A stretch of DNA of 56,135 nucleotides, filler included, from Sphacelaria rigidula (taxonomy: Eukaryota): the NCBI GenBank assembly GCA_964200075.2. It is 7 parts of 7 records of this genome, joined end to end, with 100 filler letters (N's around TTAATTAATTAA, not from the genome) between each part and the next. Parts side by side here need not be neighbours in the genome. Positions count along the whole stretch, not along the records: positions 48,203 to 56,135 come from CAXNAA020012932.1; 6 more parts are not named here. One strand, given 5' to 3'. Below the pieces are notes generated by a model. The model saw nothing but the letters and a program-made list of their open reading frames with translations. It was not told the origin of the DNA and made no database searches. Positions 49,655 through 56,135 of the stretch are shown in pieces. The position numbers were made by a program, and so were the translations under genes. The first letter of the stretch is position 1, and each line of letters opens with the position of its first letter.

Positions 49655-50128
49655 TGTGACGATTTACAGGCAACCGATTAGATCACCGTATAGTCAGCGC
49701 TGACTGTACGGTAGTCTGATCGGTTGCCCATAAATCGTCACAAACGTTAGTCGTGGGGGTTCGATCCCCGTCACTTTCACTCCGAGGAGAGCGACTCCCC
49801 TTGCCAGCACTGTTCAACTGTTGGCGCTCACGGTATCGGTCTAATGTTGCCACACGTATCCATTCGGAGTTACTCGTCTCCCCCACTCATTTCAGAGTGT
49901 GTGCACTGGGGTCCCTCTCCGGGATTGGACTCTCCCCCATCACCCTCTGTTTTTTACCGCAGGTGAAGTTTTCCTCTTTTCGAAGAAAGTGCGTCCGACG
50001 GGAATCGAACCAGTGGCTAACTTTTGTGACGACTTCCAAGTGTGACGATTCAAAGACAACCGCTTAGGCTACCGTGAAGTCAGCGCTGACTGTACGGTAG
50101 TCTGAGCGGTTGCCTATGAATCGTCACA
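49655..50128. mobile_element. 474-bp non-autonomous element with palindromic 88-bp terminal repeats
   Basis: Terminal palindromes 49655-49742 and 50041-50128 centred on AGCGCT, TGT..ACA ends, 4-bp TSD GACC (49651-49654, 50129-50132). Confidence 0.85.
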
Positions 50129-51149
50129 GACCATGGACTACGGGGTTTTCAGAACCTGTATGTATACTTGACCGAGATATAATCCCATTGCCATACCCAC
50201 CAGCTAAAGCTGTACTGCACGGCTGTGGGAACATACACTCGCTATCAGTGTACGGGATTCGAATATGGCGAAGGCTGTGAAAAAATTCAAAGGTAGCTCG
50301 AGTAGGGTAATAAGCAGAGGTTACACAGTAGTATGTAGTAGTCAAACCACTTGCTTCTGCTGTAGACAGAAAGGCAACGGAGACTAAAATGGTGTTTGGG
50401 ACGCTTCACTTCGGCCGAACAAAATCGAGGCAGTCTCTTTTGCAGAGTTCTGAGGAAATGAAGAAAAGCTGGGTAAGCTTGGGAGAGTGATTGCAAGGGC
50501 AATAGGAACCACCGATTACAAACATGCTCAATCCTGGAAGAATAACCCCGCTACTGGTAACGCGGTAGCCTTGTCAGTTCTTTATCTTGGATCAACTGCA
50601 AACTTGCACACAAAATATGTTTCAGCTTACGTGGTCTATATACTCTGCTAGAGTGTCCTTCATTGACAAACCATGGCAACACGCCTACTCCAGCAATATC
50701 TTACTTGAAGCGTCATTCAAACAGGTGAGCTATAAATCAACACAAGAGAGGTACTCTTCGTGAAAAGGATACTCATGAAGCGGTCTTACATGGTTCGTTG
50801 TTTCGTTGAACCGTAATGGATTGTACCGCTATCTTTAGTTGCAACGGCTTCATTCAAACGCAATGAATATAGACTGTATCGTCTACATTTTTGCAACATT
50901 ATAATGAGATGTTTTCTACCCCCTCCTCCCACCTCCACACGAAATTTTCACCACAATCGACAATGACTACGAGAACGATGTGGTACAGAGGAGTACGTAG
51001 TACGTCGAGTACCGGATGGTACGCACAGCACCGGCACCACCTCTAATGACGGTACTTGCAACACCTCTGTAGAGAGTGTAGACAACACCGCTATAAAGGT
51101 TAAGTGCAACCAACAGAATACGCCGAGACAGCAATGAGCAGGCAACCGC

Positions 51150-51810
51150 CAAGTGCTGTGTTGGATAAGAATGCACGAGAATAATCCCGTTTCAAACGCA
51201 GCATGACTGCGAACAGTCGAACAACCCTTCACAGCAACAACTGCCTCTGGCTCTAGCTTGAGACGCATCTGTTGTATGACATCAACGGAATATCTCTCAA
51301 CAGACTGTACATCACCCTTTTCGTCAGTGTTCCATATGTGGTCGGTTGCTGGCTTCTCCTTGTCCGCGTAGTGCTGTAAGGCCGCATAAAAACTCCCACC
51401 TGCGATCTTCCTCGTCAGCCACCACCCTGTCAGCCTCGTCGATGTGGCTGCTGCGCTCCGCTAGCCGCTGGTACCGCCGAAGGAACGAATCGAGCCATTT
51501 CCGATTTGGGCCTTCTGCCGGGTCCCATGGCACCGGTCGGCGGGTACGCCCCTGTGTCAGATCATCTCTGTTCAAGCCCAGTTGACGAGCTGCAACAAAG
51601 TTCAGCGTAGCTTCGATGGAATTTGTTCCCTGCGTCGACAGCACGGTACGCGAGCCAACCTCGCCAGCTTTGCCCACGCTGCCGCTGACACTCTTGGACA
51701 GCGAAGCAACGACGATATCAGAGGTCTTTGCAGCAGCACGGGAGGTCATTCGACCACTGCGCACCGCTTCTATGGCCTTTGCTGCACGTTCTAGGTCCGC
51801 CCTTACTCTC
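51150..51810 (-). pseudogene. pogo/Fot1-like DDE transposase remnant
   Basis: psq-like HTH (AIEAVRSGRMTSRAAAK), CENP-B-like GPNRKWLDSFLRRY, then after a frameshift DHIWNTDEKG (first catalytic D, about 51310-51345) and VVAVKG; degenerate downstream. Confidence 0.75.
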
Positions 51811-53542
51811 TGCACGCTTGGGAGCCAATCGACCAAAAGCTGATATTGGAGAAAGACATACACCCGCTCATTCGTGTGCTGTGGGATGCTGTTTTCTGAC
51901 GCTTTAGGTATGTACAGAAGCTCAATCAAAAGCGCTGTGCTCTTGTGCACACACAGCAAGAAACAGAATGGAAATCAAACAACTTTTATGCTAACTGGTA
52001 CTGTGCCTGAATAGGGACATTTACTTTATGCCATTGATAGCCCTGGTGAATAGGTTGATGACGTGTAGCCGTAAGCACACGACATTGTTACAGGAAGCAC
52101 ACACATGAACAATGAAGATTAGATCAAGTTGGAGTGAATCGTCGAACTCACTCGTAGTCAACTACTAGCTCTCAATCTGGGGATAGAGTCGTTCAATGCC
52201 CCCGTGGTCAAGATCTCTAAACGCGAAACAGTGAAGAGCTGGGCGGATGGCCGTCGACGTGGTGGCGTCAGTGAAATTGAGTACTCTGAGTGCCTCTCCG
52301 CCCCCGTCAGCTGCAGTTAGAAGCGGGAATGCTTGGGGTTTCCCTCCGCGTAGAGTACAACACTGGCTCTTTGTTGCAGTGAGATACTGTATGATTTTGA
52401 GTAGTATCAACTTGAGGCTAAATTTTCGGATTCTCACAAGCAACCAGATGCGATAGCTTGCACAAGATAACAAGAGGTTCGCGATTGTAAAAAGCTGGCG
52501 AAGAGATGAAGCTTAACGCGAAACTGAAGTTGATGAGTTCATGTGATACATGGTATCCAAGACATGACTACTCATGACGAACTCGCGGGATTATCGCGAC
52601 CGCGTTCCGCGTGGAGTATACCACCAGTATAGGCTGTAGCTTATACTTGAACGTTTGTTGCAAATCTCAATATCACCCCACTACTCCGTCTACTATCGAT
52701 ACAGTGCCGGCCCGCACTTAGGAACCTCCTATTTTGAGCGAGGCTCACTTCTTGGAGGCTTCCCCAACCCTAGCACCAGTTCTTATTTGCCAAGTTATTA
52801 TATCGTCGTCCAGTTTTCCTCCAGAAATGGGGTTCTTGTTCTTATTTCAACACCGATTGCTCTGTTATTGGTTTGCGTATCACATGACGACGTACTTTGA
52901 TGGCTCTCAACTGCACTTGGCGGAGTGCTCAACATGAGAAACACTGCTGTTTTTGTTTGGTACAAAAAAACACCAAGGCATGGAGGAACTGCTGTCAACC
53001 TTCTCTGTGCACAAGGGTGACGTTGGGGGTGCGTACCCTTCCCGCTCTACTGACGCTCTGTATAGACATGGAACATTTTGGCGTGGTGAGGGGTGATATA
53101 GGGACGCCTCTTCTCTTGAGGAGATACAAGTCCATACGACACGAGATACAAGTCCATACGACACGAAGTTGGAGCATATGTGCCTTGATGCCAACCCCCC
53201 TACATAATCAAGAGTGTGTGGGACCGGCGAGGGCGGCGGAAACACGACAGCGAGGAACAGCAGCAGTCTTGAACGCCCGTACCACGGCACCAGCGCAACA
53301 TCTAATGTAGACGGTACAGTTAGTAGTGCCCAGGGTCAGTACAACACACGCTACAGTAAATACAAGATTTAATTTCTACAGTACTGTCGCAGCTTGCATG
53401 ACTATCGTGCTCTCCTGTCTGTATTGAAGCATGCCGCGGTGCGGTACTGTCTGTATGTTGACCATGTACAAAAGTAGCGGGGTCGGCTGCCTGACAAGCG
53501 TATATGTGATGATGTGAACGGCTGCTGCTCTTTTGCCACTAG

Positions 53543-54481
<939 letters not shown>

Positions 54482-54544
54482 TGAGTTCACGACTGTTGAT
54501 CGCACTATGTAGAGGTATGATCGAGGCGCCGTATATAGTTCCCC

Positions 54545-55525
54545 CCACGTGTATCTGTTCTGCGTTGTCATCCCATCAATTCTGGACGCCAGCCTACACG
54601 TTTCGATGTATGTGGGTGCATCAGCCGGGGCCACACACGTGTAAGACCAGCACAGGACTTTCCTAATTCATGTTCGTGTGCTGATCGCCAGGGTGGCTCA
54701 GTTGGTAACCTCGGAACCCTCTGACGGTTGGGTCTCGAGTCTCGGTGCAGTCACACCATATGTTTTTTTTCTCTCACCAAGCTAACAGTGGAGAGCGACT
54801 ATGTCGTGGGTGCTGTGGCGAAATCACGCCGTCACGGTTGAGTGTATAGTGGATCCTGGATGATGACCAGGGGACAAGGGCATCCTGTGGATGATGACCC
54901 TTGCTGTGTAGCCCAGGCTTGTGGCACGGGGCTACAGACGTTTACTCCGAATAATGATGAGGTGTTGTAAAGGCTGACAGCTGAGACCTTGAGGCCAGTG
55001 GAGCTGGGGAGTCCCTCAACAGCATTTAGACGCTGCAGTACTAGCAAACCTGCTAGCGTCACATTGCGCAAAAATTCGACCTCATGGTCGACGAGGGAAA
55101 AGGACCTTAAAACCCCTCTCTCGTAATAGGTCAGGCAAGCACCGCAGAAAGGAGATAAGGTACTAAAAACGATAGAACATGAACACTTTTTCTGTGTTGG
55201 CCTTATTCCTCACGTGTGATTCCGGCTGATGCCTCCGGATATACACCGGAATGTATACGTACACTGGCGCCCAGAATAGCTGGGATGACAACACACATAC
55301 TCCACCTTCCTTCTGCACTGCTTGGCCTTTTTTATCGTCAGAGGGGTTCCAGCAGTCTCTTTCCCTCGTCAACCGTGGCGTTGAGTTTAGTATTTTAACG
55401 ACGCAGTCGCTTTCCGCTGTTGGGCGTGGTGTGAAAAATGAACCCAAATCGCGTGATAGTACCGAGATTCGAGCCCACGACCAACCGTCGAAAGAGGTCC
55501 AACTGAGTCACCGGGCGACCGACCA
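54545..55525. mobile_element. Cluster of tRNA-SINE copies in alternating orientation in the katG intron
   Basis: 3' body on - at 54545-54665, head on + at 54686-54840, body on + at 55060-55300, head and body on - at 55300-55525; shared GACGAGGGAAA..GCAAGCACCGCAGAAGGAAGG and CCGGCTGATGC motifs. Confidence 0.7.
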
Positions 55526-56135
55526 GTCTTCATAGTGACACCAACTGCTCTATTTGTACACTGAACATATTTTGAGATTTTTAAGTAAATGGGGGGTTGT
55601 AAGTTCGCATCAAATGACCATTATATGCCAGGTGCTGTGTTTGGATGCATATTCATGCGCAACTCAAAGCATGTGACACTGGTCAGTTTGGGTCCCGGGT
55701 TATCTGCCTCTACAGCGTTCAGGTCGCTACTAGGCTCGAGCCCACACATGATACGGAATTACTAAGGGTCGGGCGAATCATCGCTGTTTCGAATCACCAA
55801 ATCTACGACTTCTGACTTCTCTGATTGCTCGAAAGAGAGAAAATCGTCGACCGTGGGTCACAATATTCTCTGCGAAAGCTTTCGCCTATTCCATGGGTCC
55901 GGGGTGCGGGCACCTGGGGTACAACGCTGAAAACAAACTCAAGGATTGCTTTGTACGGTGCGACTCAGCCCAACGGAAAGCATGCATTGTTGGACAAGTA
56001 ATGTTTTTTTCCGAGTATTGAAAACTACTCATACACAGCCATGACCTAGTCGTGAATTTGTTTATCACGGGAATGCACTAGTACTGCCTTTCCTGATTCT
56101 GTTCAGCATGTACATTCCATGTTCCACATACTTAT

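Noticed and set aside
53120-53165. 22-bp tandem duplication GAGATACAAGTCCATACGACAC
   Set aside because: Only two units; ordinary slippage.

Overview
Eukaryotic, intron-rich, repeat-dense DNA, most consistent with a brown alga (Phaeophyceae-like; inferred from gene content and repeats). The window is not one locus. It is seven unrelated contigs of 7935, 7934, 7934, 7933, 7933, 7933 and 7933 bp, sorted by length and joined by 100-bp N44-TTAATTAATTAA-N44 linkers, so no neighbourhood inference holds across gaps. Host genes, all partial and spliced: a secreted or membrane PI-PLC X-box protein (3 exons, -), one CSL4/EXOSC1 exosome exon (+), a RanBP9/10-like SPRY-LisH gene (4 exons, -), a probably secreted catalase-peroxidase (2 exons, +) and one unassigned exon. 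Mobile DNA dominates: a complete Ty1/copia element (255-bp LTRs, 5-bp TSD, TG..TA ends, decayed ORF) nested in an older copia, a pogo-like transposase remnant, LINE 3' ends with C-rich tails, tRNA-derived SINEs, and many hAT-like (8-bp TSD) and piggyBac-like (TTAA) MITEs. The most unusual item is a small element whose 88-bp terminal repeats are themselves palindromes (TGT..ACA, 4-bp TSD, Pol III A/B-box-like motifs facing inward). It occurs both as a two-ended 474-bp element and as a solo repeat with its own TSD.
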